NCBI GenBank assembly: GCA_013416795.1
Contig: RQSC01000314.1
Location: forward strand, 6,097-70,096
Reading direction: 5' to 3'
Length of the DNA: 64,000 bases
Origin: Prasinococcaceae sp. CCMP 1430
Taxonomy: Eukaryota > Plantae > Prasinodermophyta
Shown: positions 30,256 through 43,263 of the stretch, piece after piece
Layout of the letters: each line of letters begins with the position of its first letter
Position numbering within the stretch: the stretch's first letter is position 1
The notes under the pieces: generated by a model
What the model saw: the letters and a program-made list of their open reading frames with translations, nothing else
Database searches by the model: none
What the model was told of the DNA's origin: nothing
Position numbers and translations under genes: made by a program

Positions 30256-33200
30256 CTACAACGCCATCGCGCTCGCCTGTTTGTTGAGGTCGAAGCCATG
30301 CGCGATCTGCACGTGCACGTTGACACATGCCAGGCATGCGGCGGCGTGCGAGAGGAGCGCGCCTGCACCCGCGACCGCCTCTGCGGCACCCCGCGCGGCG
30401 GAGGGATCGCCTCCCTCCGCGGCCATAGCAATTGCCTCGGCGCGCGCACGATGCTCGGCCGCTCTTAGTGCGTCTCTTGTTCCCTCGCCCATCGAGTGAA
30501 GCATCGCGATCACCTTCTGCCCGTTGTGCACCAACGCCCAAAGCGCCGAAGCGGCGTGCGCGCGCGCCGCGGCGGTGTACGCCCCTCCGGTGCGGTCCCC
30601 AGCAACCTGGATGAGCACGCGCAAGGGGCCACCGCCACTGCTGACGAAGTGTGCCTTGGCCTCGGATACGAACGCGCAGTTTCGCAGGAGGGCAACGGCG
30701 GCAGCGGCAGCACGCCGCGATGCCGCGCCTTTACCGCCCTCAGCGGGCGCCCGCGCGGCCACACACGCCAGCTGCACGAGACCGCAGAGCTTGGGCCCGC
30801 GCAGCACTGCGCTCGCGCCGTCGGCGTGCGCAGCGATTGCCGCCAACGTGAGCAGTGCCTGTTCTGCGAGACGGACCGCCGAGGCTGTGCCGACGACGAC
30901 GCCTCCCTGCCTTTTCTTCCCCGAGGACTTCACAGACGCAGGCTTGCGCGTCGCCAGCGCCACGTCTGTCGACGACGGGTATGCTTCGCCAATGATGCGG
31001 CCGCACGCGGCCAGCACGACGCTCTTCGGAGACCCGAGCACAGCCCTCGTCTCCGATCCGGCTGCGGCGCAGTGGGCGGCTCGCAACGAGGCTTTGATGA
31101 GAGCTGCCGGCGACTTGACGTCTGCGGCCGGGCCCACAGCCAGGCCCAGCGCACCGTTGTTATTGCCGGCCGCTAGCGCCCGCCGCGCGCCGCTGCCGCC
31201 GCTCGCAGCCACGTTCGCAACGAGCGCGATGAGCTCGAGTCGGAGGGCACCCCCGTCAGAAGTGCCCGATGCACAAGCTGCGGCGGAGCGCGCCACAGGC
31301 CACAGGGAGACAACGACCCTGGCGGCCCCTGCCGCAGCGGCGGCATCGGCGCCCCGCCTCGAGCCGAGCGCGAGGTGGCGCAGCAGGGACGTTGCACGCG
31401 TCGCACCAGCGAGCAGCTGGGCCCTGCGGTTCGCGCCAGCACCTACGCCGCCGCTGAGCGTCCAGGCCTCCCGCGCGGCCAGTGCCTGCGCCGCCAGCGC
31501 CGTGTGCAGACCGGCATCAATTGTGGCTCCCTTGGCCGCACCCGAGTGCGCGATCAGGCTGCGCAGACAACTCAGCGCCGCCGCGCCCGTCGGCGACTCC
31601 TCGCCAGCACTGTTGACGATCGTGAGCAGGTCCATCGCCAGCTGTGCACCGTGCCTGTCCCCCTTCCCGAGGGCAGCTGCAGCCTCCGCCGGCGTCGCGA
31701 GCAGTGCTGCGGCGCCGCGGCAGACAGATGCGACAATTTCGGCGTTCGAAGTCACCGAGGGTGCCTTGAGGAGACGTGACACGCCAGCCAGGGCAGCCGA
31801 CGCAAGCTGGCGCCCATCGGGGCCCTGCCACCACGGGGCGCTCTTGTCCCCTGTGAGCATGGCCAAGGCAGAAGAGGCGCTGGCCGCCGCCGCCGCGCGC
31901 TCCGCCTCTGCAGCCGGATCCTGCGCCAGGCCGCCTGCGGCGGCGAGCGCAGCGAGCACGCCAGCAGCGACGAGCGCCCCGCCGCATGCACGCAGTACCT
32001 GTCGGTGGGACTCGCTGCGGGCGGCCGCGATGCACATGAGCTCGCAGACCGCCGAGATTGCGCCGCACGCGTCCGCTGCGTGCGGGCCAGGGAACGCCAC
32101 GTGCGCGAGGAGAGCTCCGGCATCCTCGTCGCCTTCTTCTGCGGCACTCGGCACACTCAAGGCCCGGAGGAGCACGGGCCACGTCTGATCCGCAGCAGGC
32201 AGTGGGCCACATGCAGCCTCGTCCAAGGTGTCAGTGGCGAGGACCGCGCGTGCGAGGGCCTCGCATGCGCCCCGGAGCACGCAGGGGGCCTGCGCACTGC
32301 GCTCGTTGGTGGCTGCCGCGGCGACCTCCCACAGCTGCAAACTGCGGGCGAGGCCAGCGGCGAGGTCGTGCGGCCGCCGCCCAGGCAGCTCCTCGGGGTC
32401 CTCGACGCCAGCGGCAGCTCTTTGCTCGAGCATCGCCGTGACGCACCGCAACGCCGCGCCCCTGACGGCGGCGCACTCGCGCACGTCGAGCGACGCCAGC
32501 AAGGCGCACTGACCCGCCTCGAGCCAGGATCGCTCGACGAGCGCCCTGGACGCGTCGCAGCTTGCAAGGGCTGCCAACAGCGCGTGCGAGGTGCAGCGCG
32601 CGGGCGCCCACGGATCGCGACACGCGCGACTCAGCCAGTACGTGCCACCCGAAGCTGCAATGGACTGCGCCCACACGTCCTTCGAGCACGTTGATGCTAT
32701 CGTCAGAAGGGCGTCGAGAGAGCTGTGCACGGCGCCTCGTCCGCGCAGGCCCACAGGTCTCTCGCGACGCTCCACAGCGACGCAGGTCACAAGGCTCGCA
32801 GAACTTTTGGCAACAACATCCATGGCGTCGATAGACCCGGCGGCAGCTGCCACCGGCGCGAGGGCACAAATGAAGCGAATGGCGAGCACTCGCAGGCCGT
32901 AGCGCGCAGCGTCTTGCTTCGTGCGCCACTCAGTCGAGTCACGCCATGGAATGATAGAGTCCACCAGCATCTCGAGCAGGGAACGAGATTCGGGGTTGTC
33001 CGAGGTGCACACCGTTGCAGCCAGCGCGCTTGCCTCGCGCGAGGTGCCCCTCGCAGCAACCACGCCAGAAAGAGCCGCCAGCACGCGCATGCACTGCTGC
33101 GTCACAACCACCAAAGAGCTCGGCACGCCGGTCGCGGCATCCAGGCTCGCGCTGTCCTGCTTCACCAGGGCATGGCAACATGCGTCCACTATCGGACAGA

Positions 33201-36200
33201 ACGCGGCCCGCACAGCCGACGTAAGCATTGCCACAAAGCCGGTCGGGATATCGCCAGGAGGGGCCGCAACAAGGAGCTGCTCGGCGAGCGCGAGGACCTC
33301 AATCAGCAGCGCGCGGTCCGCTGATGTCGCGGGCACGACCGAGAGAAAGCGTGCCAGCGCCTCGCCCGCACCCGCAGCCAGCCAGCCCGAGGCCCCTTCG
33401 CACGATGAGCAGGTGTCGCGCGCAATTGCGATCTGTGCCATCGCCTCCGAGTGGCCAGCGGCGCGCCCGAGGGCCTCCTTGAAGGCCCTCGGAGCAACGT
33501 CGACATGGAGCGCGCTGATGATGGACACGTCGAGCGAGGACATACTGCCCACGGCGCCGTCAACCGCGGTATCGCGCGCGCTCTGCAGCGATTCGAGCGC
33601 CTCGCGCGCGCTGCCCGAGAAGAGCACGAGCGACGCCACCAGCTCACGTGCGGCATCGAAGTCCGCAGATCCTGAAGTGGCGCCGGCGTCGCCTGTCACC
33701 TTCACTTCACATGGGAGTTTGTAGGCGTCAGCAAATGGTCCAGGGAGTGCGATCATATGAGCAGGCACGCCGTCCGGCACCAGCGAATCGGCGCCTGCGA
33801 GGCCGAGGGCACGCGGATCGAAGACGATGTAGGCGATCGCCGCCGCCGCCGCCCGACGCACAGCCATAGATGCGTGGAACACGAGGGGCACGAGCTGCAG
33901 GAGCCGGCCGTCGTGTGCCAACCACTGACGCGCGACGCTAGAGGCACCCACGGCCGACGCGAGCAGTCCCGCAGCCGAGGCCCGAGCTGCGCCGCCCCAG
34001 CTCTCGCCCGAGCTGCACTCTCGCAGCAAGGGTTCAAGCAGTGTGTCATCGGACAGAATGGGCTCGAGACGGGGGTCGTGCGAGAGAGCGATGAGCTGCT
34101 CCGCTGCGGCCGCCCTGACATTGCCTCCGATGTTGAGGTTGCCGGCGACGCGCGCCAAGTCAGGCGCGTTAGCGCAGCTCCCGCTCGCACGGGAGCGGTA
34201 CACCGTGCCAGGCATACCGTACGGGCGATCGGGTTCGTAGCCAGCAGCGAGCGCCGCGCCCAGCGGATCCGCAACGACGTCGCTCAGGTTGGCAGCCTCC
34301 GCGAGCGTCACAGCGCGCGCCGCAGCACCGCGCCACTCCACCTCAGCATCTGCGGCGGCGTCCTTGGCGCTCGCGCCCCCCTGGGCCACGTCGATGACGG
34401 TAGCGGCGGCTCGCGCACGGCACGCCGAATCCACGCTGAAAAGCGCGCGCAGGGCAGGCGCAAGCTGGGCAAGGTCGTTCCTGGCGGCGCTGGACCCGTA
34501 AAAGGGTGCATCCATGGCGGCTCCCTCGATGAGCGCGGAAAGCGAGCCCATCGCACTGCCGGCCGCGGAGGCCGCGGCAGATCCAGCGCGCGCCGCACAC
34601 GCGATCCACGGCGCACGGTCTACAATGCCGGCCCTACCCTCGGCAGTGCCCTGCGCAGCAGCGAGCAGGCACCGCGCGGCGTTCGCAGCGACATCCTCGA
34701 CCTCGCAGTGCAACGCACTGCACGCTAGCGCGTCTAGTAGCTGCGGGGAGGGCAGCATGAGGACCGCGGAAGCGATAGGCCTCTCCCCGCCCGTTGCTGC
34801 ACTCGCGGCCACCTCCGCCTCGACCTTGGCCGCGAGGACACCGAGAGCAGCCGCGCGCACCTCGTTTGATTTGTGAGACACGAGGCTCGCTGTCGCGCCG
34901 GCAGCCTCGAGAGCCGCACCCGAGCCCAGCGCGGCAGCCTGAATCAGCAGGGCCTGGGTCCTAAGTGCCGCCTCGGCCGGTTTCGGCGCTGCTCCGAGCG
35001 TCGGAACGGCCCGGGCGATGGCCTCGAGTGCGGCAGGCACGTCGACCTTCGCATCACTGCCGATGTCTGCCACCTCGCCCAGGTGTGCGGCGGCGTCCTC
35101 GAGGCTCTCAAGCGCCGCGGCAGCCTCAGATGCCAGGGCGAAAGCCGCCGCGGCAGCTGGGTCTGCAGCAGCAGCGTACGGCCTGAGTCTCGCAGCCAGC
35201 TTCGGCCGGCTCATCTGCATGGCGCCGGTGAAGGACGCGCGGGCGATGCGCCCCGCCAGCGGAGCCGGAACAGTGACGGCCGCAACCTCGGGCTCCAACA
35301 GCTCCAAGAACGCGGCAGCCACAGACAGGACGCGCGTCAGCGCCCTGGCGATGGCGTCAGTACCGCCAGCATCCACGTCTCTCTCGGCGACCTCGGCAGC
35401 GCTGGAGAGGGCCTCGAAGTACCCCTTGAAGCGCGCGCTGGCTTGCAGCACAAGCTTGCCTCGGGCATCACCCTTCGTGATGATGTCCTCATCTTTGACG
35501 CCAAGGAGCGGCACAGCAACTGCGAGTAGCGGGAGCAGCTCCTGGTTGCGAGTTGCCGTGTGAAGCGCGCCGAGCGCGTGATGCGCGACGATGTGCGCCG
35601 CTTCAGAGACGTCCACCCACTCGCCGTCGGACCCAACCATTCCCAGCGGAGGCGTAGGGTACGAGCGCGGGAAGTCAACCGTACCCGGTGTGTGCCGCGA
35701 CTCACCTGCCTCGGTGCTGGGTGCTGGCGCAGCAGGGAGCGACACGTCGAAAGATCCGTCCTGGGCCAGCGCGAGAGCGCGGGCTGCCGACCTCAGCACG
35801 GCGGCCAGCGCGGTGGCGGCCAGCGCTGGCAAGCCCGAGCCTGAGGTCGCATGCAGGCACGCCGACACGTTGCGCACCAGCGCTTTGCGGGCCAACACGG
35901 CCCCCGCCATGCAGTCCACAGAAGCGCGATCCTTGAGCTCCGTGAGCACACGAAGCGCCACGTCCGCATCTGCGGCGTGCTCAAGGCGCAAGTTGATTTC
36001 GAACAACGCCTGTGCGTCCTCGGGAGCCACGGGAGGTGCGCGCAGGCACAGACCCCAAGGAACGCCCCCGTCGCCTGTGCCGCTGACGCCAGCGCGCGCT
36101 TCGGCCGCTGCGGCGCGGCCGCGGGCGTACTCGGCTCGCTCGGCCTCGCCGAACAGACCTGCCGCCGCGAGCGCTGCGCCGTCGCCGGGGTGCGGCAGCG

Positions 36201-37252
36201 GGGACACATTGGCGGTGCCGGCCGCCTCCACCTGCGCGTCATCGCCCCCAGCCACCTCGCCATCGTCCGGCGCGACGCTGGGGGGCGTTGCCGAGTCGGG
36301 CGCGGCGCCGCCGCGCAGGTCGTCCGCCAGGGGCACTTCGCTCGCTGGCGGCGACCCGCACACGGGCGCGCGCATCATTGCCTCCTGCAGCGCGTCGAGC
36401 TCCATGGGGAGCGCAGGGACCTCGTCTCTGAGGTCTTCCCACACCGCCGCGAAGAACTCCACCGCGCCAAGCTCGGCCAGCCTGGCCTTGCACGCCTCGT
36501 CCGCTGCGAGCGACGTGAGCAGCTGTGCGACGTCGCAGTGGCGCGTGCAGTCGGCGAAGTTGTACCACTCCATGAGCGCCTCGAGGAAGCCCGTGCACGC
36601 GACGGCGTCGGCCGGAGTGGCGAGCCCGCTGTCGAGCTTGAACGCCGCGCTGTCCAGCGCGCGGCAGCGCACCTCCCGCAGGCGGTGCCCGAGCTTCTGC
36701 GCGAGCGCCGCCGGCAGCGCGCCCGTCTAGTCGAATACTTGCATATTTGCCTTCTTTAGCAACTACTTGCGCTGATGTTCCTGCAGCTCGTACTAATTTA
36801 GCTCCTTGTGTCGGCGCTAATTCAATATTATGAATTTCTGAACCTACTGGAATTGCTGTTAAAGGTAATGCGTTTCCTGTTTTTAAAGGTGCTATCGGAC
36901 TTGATTCAATTACTTGACCTAATTCTAACCCTTGTGGAGCTAAAATATAGTGTTGTTGTTCGCTGGTTTCAATTTTTGCAAGAAATGCGTTACGGTTTGG
37001 ATCATATTCTAATCCCATAACTTTTCCTGGATTATTTTGAGCGAAACGTTTCCATAAAACAAAACGGTAACGTCGTTTATGCCCACCACCGCGATGTCGA
37101 GCTGTAATTCGTCCTTGGTTATTGCGACCTTTTGAACGTTGGAAGCCCTTAATATTAGCACTTTTTTTAGTTTGTGCTGTATTTGGGAATCTAACTACCC
37201 CCCCCCCACACACCGCACGCACGCGCGCGCGCGCGCGTGCGCGCCCCGCCAT
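30256..37252 (-). CDS. RTTN: Rotatin (centriole/basal-body ARM-repeat protein); main exon 36726-30256, putative exon 1 37252-37223
   Basis: N-terminus KLGHRLREVRCRALDSAAFKLDSGL..LMEWYNF..LGAVEFF matches the rotatin N domain from recall. About 2150 aa of helical repeats; C-terminal LWALVHNGQKV. Confidence 0.85.
36727..37197 (-). pseudogene. rpl2: Organellar (probably plastid) rpl2 fragment inserted in nuclear DNA (NUPT), or a chimeric join
   Basis: Abrupt AT-rich block translating without stops to GRNNQGRITARHRGGGHKR..YDPNRNA..GNALPL..IHNIEL..LVRAAGTSAQVVAKEG, with A/T-ending codons. Confidence 0.92.
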
Positions 37253-38444
37253 CAAACGCCATTGAAAAAAAATTCAAACGCGACGGGCGCGCGCGCAAAA
37301 AAAAAAAAGAAATGCGCCCCAAAAAGAAAAAAAAGAAAAAAGTGCGCGGGCGCGGTGCCGCATGTGTGAGAGACTTCCGCCGCGGCGATGGCGGAGGCGA
37401 AACCCCGTCGAAATGTGCATCTGGGGTTTACACGAGGATTCGGTCGCACGTGAAATGTTAAAAAAACGCGGGGTGCGATGCGCGCAATCCGGGAAATGCG
37501 CCGCGCGTCGTGTTAGGGCGCGACGGGCGCCACACCGCGCGGCGGCGCCGGCAGCGGCGAGGGGGGAGGGGGGGGGGATTGCGCGAGGAACCCTGCCCCA
37601 CCGTTCGCCTCCTCTCCTCCTTCGCCCCGCGCCTCTGTTGGGGGGGGGGAAGGGGTGCGGGCGGACGGGGCGGGCCGGGGAGGCGCCCCGGCCTCCCGCG
37701 CGCATCGCCGACGCCGACGAGCGCGTGTCCGGGGTGGGGGCCTTACCCCGAGGAAGGAGGCCAGGCTGCGGGTGGGAAGGTACGCCGCGCGTGCACGCGC
37801 GGCGAGGGGTTTGCAGGGTAGAGAGCGCTAGGCAGCATTGGCCGGGTGGGACCGGAGGCGTGCCATGCGCCGCGCGTGCTGCCCGCCGCCTGGCCGCCGC
37901 CCAACAGCGCGCACGAAATACACGCAAGACACACTCAGCCTCGGGCCTCGCTGGCTTGCTCGCGGCTATTTATTTCCCTTGCAAGAACACTGCGTCAAGG
38001 CAGCGGTCGTACAACCCAAGAGGACAAGTCAGTTCCACCGCTTGAGCCTTACTTTACACCGTCCGGACACAACACCCTTGAACGCAGCTCCTGCCCTCGC
38101 ATCGAGCAGCTCTGTACCAGCGAACGCCTGTGGCTGACCCTCTCGCTGCCGCGCTCGTCGCTTCGCACAGACCTCCGACGCCTCCATGTCGCCAGACGGC
38201 GAGTATCGAGCAACCTCCCTGCGACAGCCACACAGTGGCAACCACTGACACGCCTTCCAGTGGGCCTGGAGAGAGTAGGCATCACCTCGCACAGGCTTGC
38301 GGCGGCGTTCTCTCCCCCGGGTACACCACAGTCGAGGCAAACGACAAACAGGCGTTTCCAGACGCTGGCATCCCACAGAAGTGCGCTCAAGCGAGAACGC
38401 GACGCAGACAAACGAGCAAGAGTATTATCGAGAGTGGCGCTCCC

Positions 38445-40708
38445 TCAGCGCACTGCAACGATTGTCTCAACGCCCCCGCCGCGGCACCACCAGCCGAGAT
38501 CACCGTCGCTTGCCTGGGGAAGCGGGCAGCGGGCGGACGTGTCTGACTGGCCTGCACTCTTGCCCGCTTCTAGCATTCTCTGCCTGCATCCAGGCCCGGC
38601 GTGCACAATCTCTGTAAAGCCCTCGCTGCGCAAGGCGGACACGGCAGCGGCCATCGCACCGTCTACGACAGCCGTCTCGAGCACGACGGCGCCCAGGTTT
38701 GATCCACTAGGTCTGACCTCAGCCAGAGCGGTCGTGAGCGCCGATACGGGGTCGACGGCACTCGTGCCGACGCGCAGCGCACACACCACGCCAGCCTGAG
38801 CATCGCTTGCCCGCAGCGAGCGCATCGCAGATAGTAAAGAGCCCGCCGACAGTGGCGTTCTGGCCGTGTCAACACTGCCACATGGCTCGCCTGGCGCTGC
38901 GTCGTACGCCTGCAAGCGCGCACCAGCGAGCGTGTCCCACGCCGTCCCATCGACCTCGGCCACGCCACCGGACATGCGCCACAGCTGCCGTATCAACCGC
39001 TTCGGCAGGCCGACCAACCACCCTGCCCAACGGGTGACGAGCCACCCGCCACTCATCGCGGCACCGAGACACCTGACTCGTGCCCCTGCGTCGCCTCGGA
39101 CTGCCTGTCCCTCGCCGCCGACTATCTGGATGGAACGCCCAGATGGCGTCGTGACGGCGGCTGCGCTCACGGCCGCACGCAGCTCGGCTCCCTCGGCGGC
39201 ACTCGCGGCGACCGCTGCCACACTCGCGCCACGCGCGGCGACGCGCAGCCCCAGCGCTAGTCCATCCGAGCCCGGGGCGGCGTCCACGACCAAGCCGCCC
39301 CTGCCGCCCCCGCATGCCCGAATAATGACGTCCAGCGCGGCCTCATCGCCGTCGCTGCCCTCGCCCAGCGCCGCGAGCGACGCAAACGCCGCGGTGCGGC
39401 GTTCCTGACCTCCAACCATGCGTTCCCGCGCGGGGAGCCTCGTCACGAGGCCCTCTCGCGTGGTCACGCTGTCGTAGCTGCCGAGGGTTCCCCACGCGCG
39501 CTGCGCGTCATCAGCGTCGGCGTCCGCGCTCGCCGCCACGCGAGTGCCCGTCTTCGACGGCGCCACGGTGGTCCCCGCGATTGCCTCCGACGACGGCATA
39601 AGCGCGCGTCTGACCCTCGCGACGAGCCTGGTGGCCTTTCGCCGCACCTTGCGGCCCAGCAAGCCGCCCTCGCGCCTTCCGCCTGCCTTCCAGCTCCCGG
39701 CCGCATAGTGGCGCAGCACGACGCGCTCATCGCCCTCAGGCACTGCCAGCGGCCCACCGCCACCTGCCGCGTCGGCGAGCTCCCAGCGCCCCCTGCCCGC
39801 GTCCCAATTGGTTGCCATCGCCACGCGAGGCAGGAAGCGCACACGCCACTTCTCGTCGCCAGCCGCGGCGCGCCGCGCGGCGTGGCGCAGCGCGTCTGTG
39901 AAAAGGCCCGGGCCGGTGCGCTCAAGGGTGGACGAATCCGAGTCTGCGCCGAGCGCGCGCGCGCTGCCGTCGCCGAGCACCGCGTCCGCGATGCGCTCCG
40001 CCATCAGCAACAGCGCCGGGTGTCCCGCCCTTGCCGCGAAGGCCCACTGCAGCGCCTGCCGCCGCCTGACGTCACCCCTCGCGAGCATGGCGTCCACGCC
40101 CGCCGAGTCGGCCTCCCAGCCGGCGACGAGGGCGTCGTCCGGCCTCAGCCAGCCCGAGAGGGGCGCCGCCGCGGCTGTGTCCAAGTCGGCGTATACGCCG
40201 CCCTCGAGATACACCACTAGATAGCGGAACAGGTCGGCGCGCTCGACGGGCGCGTCCATCGACTCGTACGCGCGCACGACACGCGCGGGCAGCCGTCCGT
40301 CGCGCGCGGCGCTGCGAAGCAGCGCCGCGCACTCCTCGTCGCCGTAGTAGCGCAGCTCGCCTCCCGATGCCGCGGCCCACGTGGCGCGCAGCTCGCGCGT
40401 CGGAGCGTCGAGCGCCGCGGCGGACACCTCGCGGCCCGTCTGGTGCACGACGGGCGGGATGCTGTACGCCGCCCATTCGGCGCGCCCAAGCACCTCCTGG
40501 GGCACGCGAGCGGGCATCGGCGCCGTCATCCGTGCACTTCTCCCCGTGCCCGCACGGAGGAGCGAGATTGCCGCCGCCGCCGCCGCCGCGCACAGCGCGA
40601 GCGCCGCGAGCGTCGCCGCCGCGCGCCACGCTCTGCCACCCCGGCCACCTCGCCCGCCCGCGCGCCCCCGCGCCGCGCGCCGGGGGAACGCGCGCGACGC
40701 GTTGCCAT
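38445..40708 (-). CDS. Type II membrane GT32 (OCH1-like DXD) glycosyltransferase with a degenerate Rossmann/FkbM-like C-terminal domain
   Basis: IPPVVHQT, ERADLFRYLVVYLEGGVYADLD, QWAFAARAGHP, TGPGLFT. A TM helix AWRAAATLAALALCAAAAAAAISLL lies in frame upstream of the 40529 Met; the ATG at 40708 is out of frame. Confidence 0.8.
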
Positions 40709-40716
40709 CCTTTTTT

Positions 40717-40842
40717 AAACCCTAACCCTAAACATGCAATCATCAAACCCGGATGCGCGGCGTGGCGCGATGCGCGCGATTCGCATGTGTTCCGTACCTG
40801 TCGCGCATATTCGTTTCTAAACCCTAAAACTAAAACCCTAAA
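40717..40842. promoter_or_regulatory. Telo-box cluster in the GT32/KHE1 bidirectional promoter
   Basis: aaaccctaaccctaaa and aaaccctaaaactaaaaccctaaa. Confidence 0.6.
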
Positions 40843-41141
40843 CAGGCGGCGTCACGCGGTGATCAAAACGCGTGCGTTGGGGCGGGGCGTTTTTTTTTTT
40901 GTAACGGGGCGGCGCGCGCGCTTCTCCCCGCCGAAAAGCGAGCCTCCCGCGCGAATACTAAGGGCATTCACAGTCAGGGTTTACAACCTCCTCGGCGGTG
41001 CGCGCGCGCGACGTCTGTTTCCAAGCCTTTTCGCTTGGGCTCCTCGGGTCGGGGTTTGGGTTGGGGGCGGCGGTGATGGACGCGCGTGCGTCGCCAATGC
41101 CGTGTGTTTGCATGTGGAGGGCCTCGTGTCGTTTTGTGAGC

Positions 41142-42105
41142 ATGAGCTTGAGCTCGCGCGTGCGGACGTGCGGGCTGCCGNTCGGCGCTTGGGCCCGTCG
41201 GCACCGCCGGCGATGCGGCGGCCCGCGCCGCGCAGGCGGCTGCCGGCGGCGTGTTCAGGGTGGTGCTCGTGCCCGTGCACCGCCGCGGATGGGTGTTTTG
41301 CCCCGAGCGCGTGCTACTCTTGGCGCCGCCTGGGCCGTGCCCGAGCTGGGCGGACGTGCGCGCGCAGCCCACGCTCGGCGGAAAGTGGTACGCGCTGCTG
41401 TCGCGCCAGCTGCACTGGGGCGAGGAGCACTGGTGGGCGCTGCAGAATGCCCCGCGCGACACGCGCCTCGGGAGGCTCAAGCACTGGGTGTTCGAGACGG
41501 GGACCTCGCTCGCCGCGAGGACCGTGGGGCCAGAGGAGGCCTTCCTCAAGAGCATACCGGAGGGGGCCGTGCTCGAGGTCGTCTACCCGCATGCGGCGGG
41601 CGCGGAGGCGGGTGCGTCTCTGCCGCAGCGGCTCGTGCGACGCAGGCTGCGGCTGCTCGCGCGCCAGCGCGAGCGATACCACCGCCGTGGTCGGCTTGTG
41701 AACCTCGCGGTGCTGCCGTTCACCTCGCTCATGCTCCTGCTACCGACGCCCAACTGGCTCTTCTACTGGAACCTCTTCCGCCTGCACTCGCACTACCGCG
41801 CCAAGCTCAGCTGCAAAGCGCTGCTGAAATTGAGGACGTGCGATGCAGGCCGGCTGCGAGGGAGCGCCGAGCGCGCCGACGCACCGGTGCGCCCCGGTGC
41901 GCCGGCAACCGAGGGCCTATCCGTGACCTTCACGGGCAGCGATGAGCTGGCAGCGCTCGTGGGCGATGGTGTGAACGAGGCGGTGCTCAAGGCGATCGCT
42001 GAGCGCTTCAGCGTGCCCGAGCTGCCGCAGCTAGGCGCCATGTTCATCGCCGACGCTCCACCCGCGGCCGCGGCGGCCGCGCATGCTTGCGCCCACGGCC
42101 GATAG
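41142..42105 (+). CDS. Mitochondrial K+/H+ exchange-related (Mit_KHE1-like) protein; N at 41181
   Basis: EEAFLKSIP, YHRR..LP.T..LPTPN..Y.N.FR..SHYRA motifs. Confidence 0.7.
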
Positions 42106-42302
42106 CCACACGTAGCAGCAGCAGCAGCGCGCACGCGTGCTATTCTTTTTGTTGTGCCCACTCGATATGTGAACACCACCACCATTTTTTGTCCAACCTG
42201 CAGTCCCTGTGCACACGCACGCATGCCCGGCACGCAGCAGCAGCAGCAGCAGCCTCCGCGCGCGCGCGCACAGCTCCGTCTCTCGATAGCTATCGCGCCC
42301 CG

Positions 42303-43263
42303 TCATTGGTAACACTCGATCAGGTCGCATCCGCGAAGCTTCCAGCCGAGCGCGTCCCGCAGGGCGTCCATGCGCGCCCTCTGGGCGCCGCCGTCGCGCC
42401 GCGCGGTCTGAAGCGGGTACTGGTACTTGACGACGCCGTTGATGGAGCGATACGCCACGATCGGCCCCTGGCCATCCTCCTCGGGGTCCCTGATGACGAA
42501 CTCGACCACGTCGCGAGCCCACGGCCCATCGCACTCGAAGCGCAGGTACGCGCTCGACTCAGCGTCCTCGCGAGCCTGGTACGCCGCGTTGGGCAGCGAC
42601 GTGCTCGCGACGGTGGCGAGGCGATCGGCAGCCAGGGCCGCGCTTGAGAGCGCGGCCGGCGCCTGCCACACCGGCGCGTAGTTCTCAGGATTGCGCGAGT
42701 TCGTGCCCACGCAGTTGGGATTGACAGCTGCGCACGCGCACGCGCACGCGCACGCGCGTGAAGGGAAGTGCGAGCGCCAGCGCGAGCCAGCGCGAGCGCG
42801 TCAGTCCGTGTCTCCTCACCTGCAGGCGCAGGCCGCACATACCGCCGCGGGCGCCCGCGCACGCACCGGACGGGCACACTTTCAGCGCGCCGTTGGCATC
42901 CAGCCCAACGTCTGCCTTCGCCCCGGCGCGCTGGAACGGCGAGTCCGCCGCGCCCTCTGGAGACGCGCTCGCGATGATGTCCGCAGGCTCCCACGCGTTG
43001 CCGGCCTCGATAACCCCCTCGAGGGTCTCCCAAATGCTTCCTTGGGCGCGGGCGGGGCGCGGGCGCGCGGCCGCGATCCCCGCCCCAACCATCGCAGCAG
43101 TCCCTGCGAGGAGCGCCCGTCGGCCTTCCTGCCGCCCCCTGCTCCGCCCCTCTCCCTCCGCGCCCCCTCCGCGCACCCCGACGGCGCGCACCACCCTGCG
43201 CCTACACGCCGTGCGCACCGCCGCCGCCGCCGCCGTAGGCGGAGCGCGCGCCGCCGCCGCCAT
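42303..43263 (-). CDS. DUF1499 family thylakoid-lumen-type protein; exons 43263-42867 and 42727-42303
   Basis: Transit peptide, RR-hydrophobic-ARA Tat-like signal, CP..PNCV.T, DVVEF, YRS, QRARMDALR. Confidence 0.75.

Noticed and set aside
36239-37255. ORF fusing rpl2 to an Arg/Ala-rich tail as a nuclear-encoded Rpl2
   Set aside because: Only the N-terminal half of Rpl2 is present, there is no transit peptide, and the tail is an off-frame reading of rotatin.
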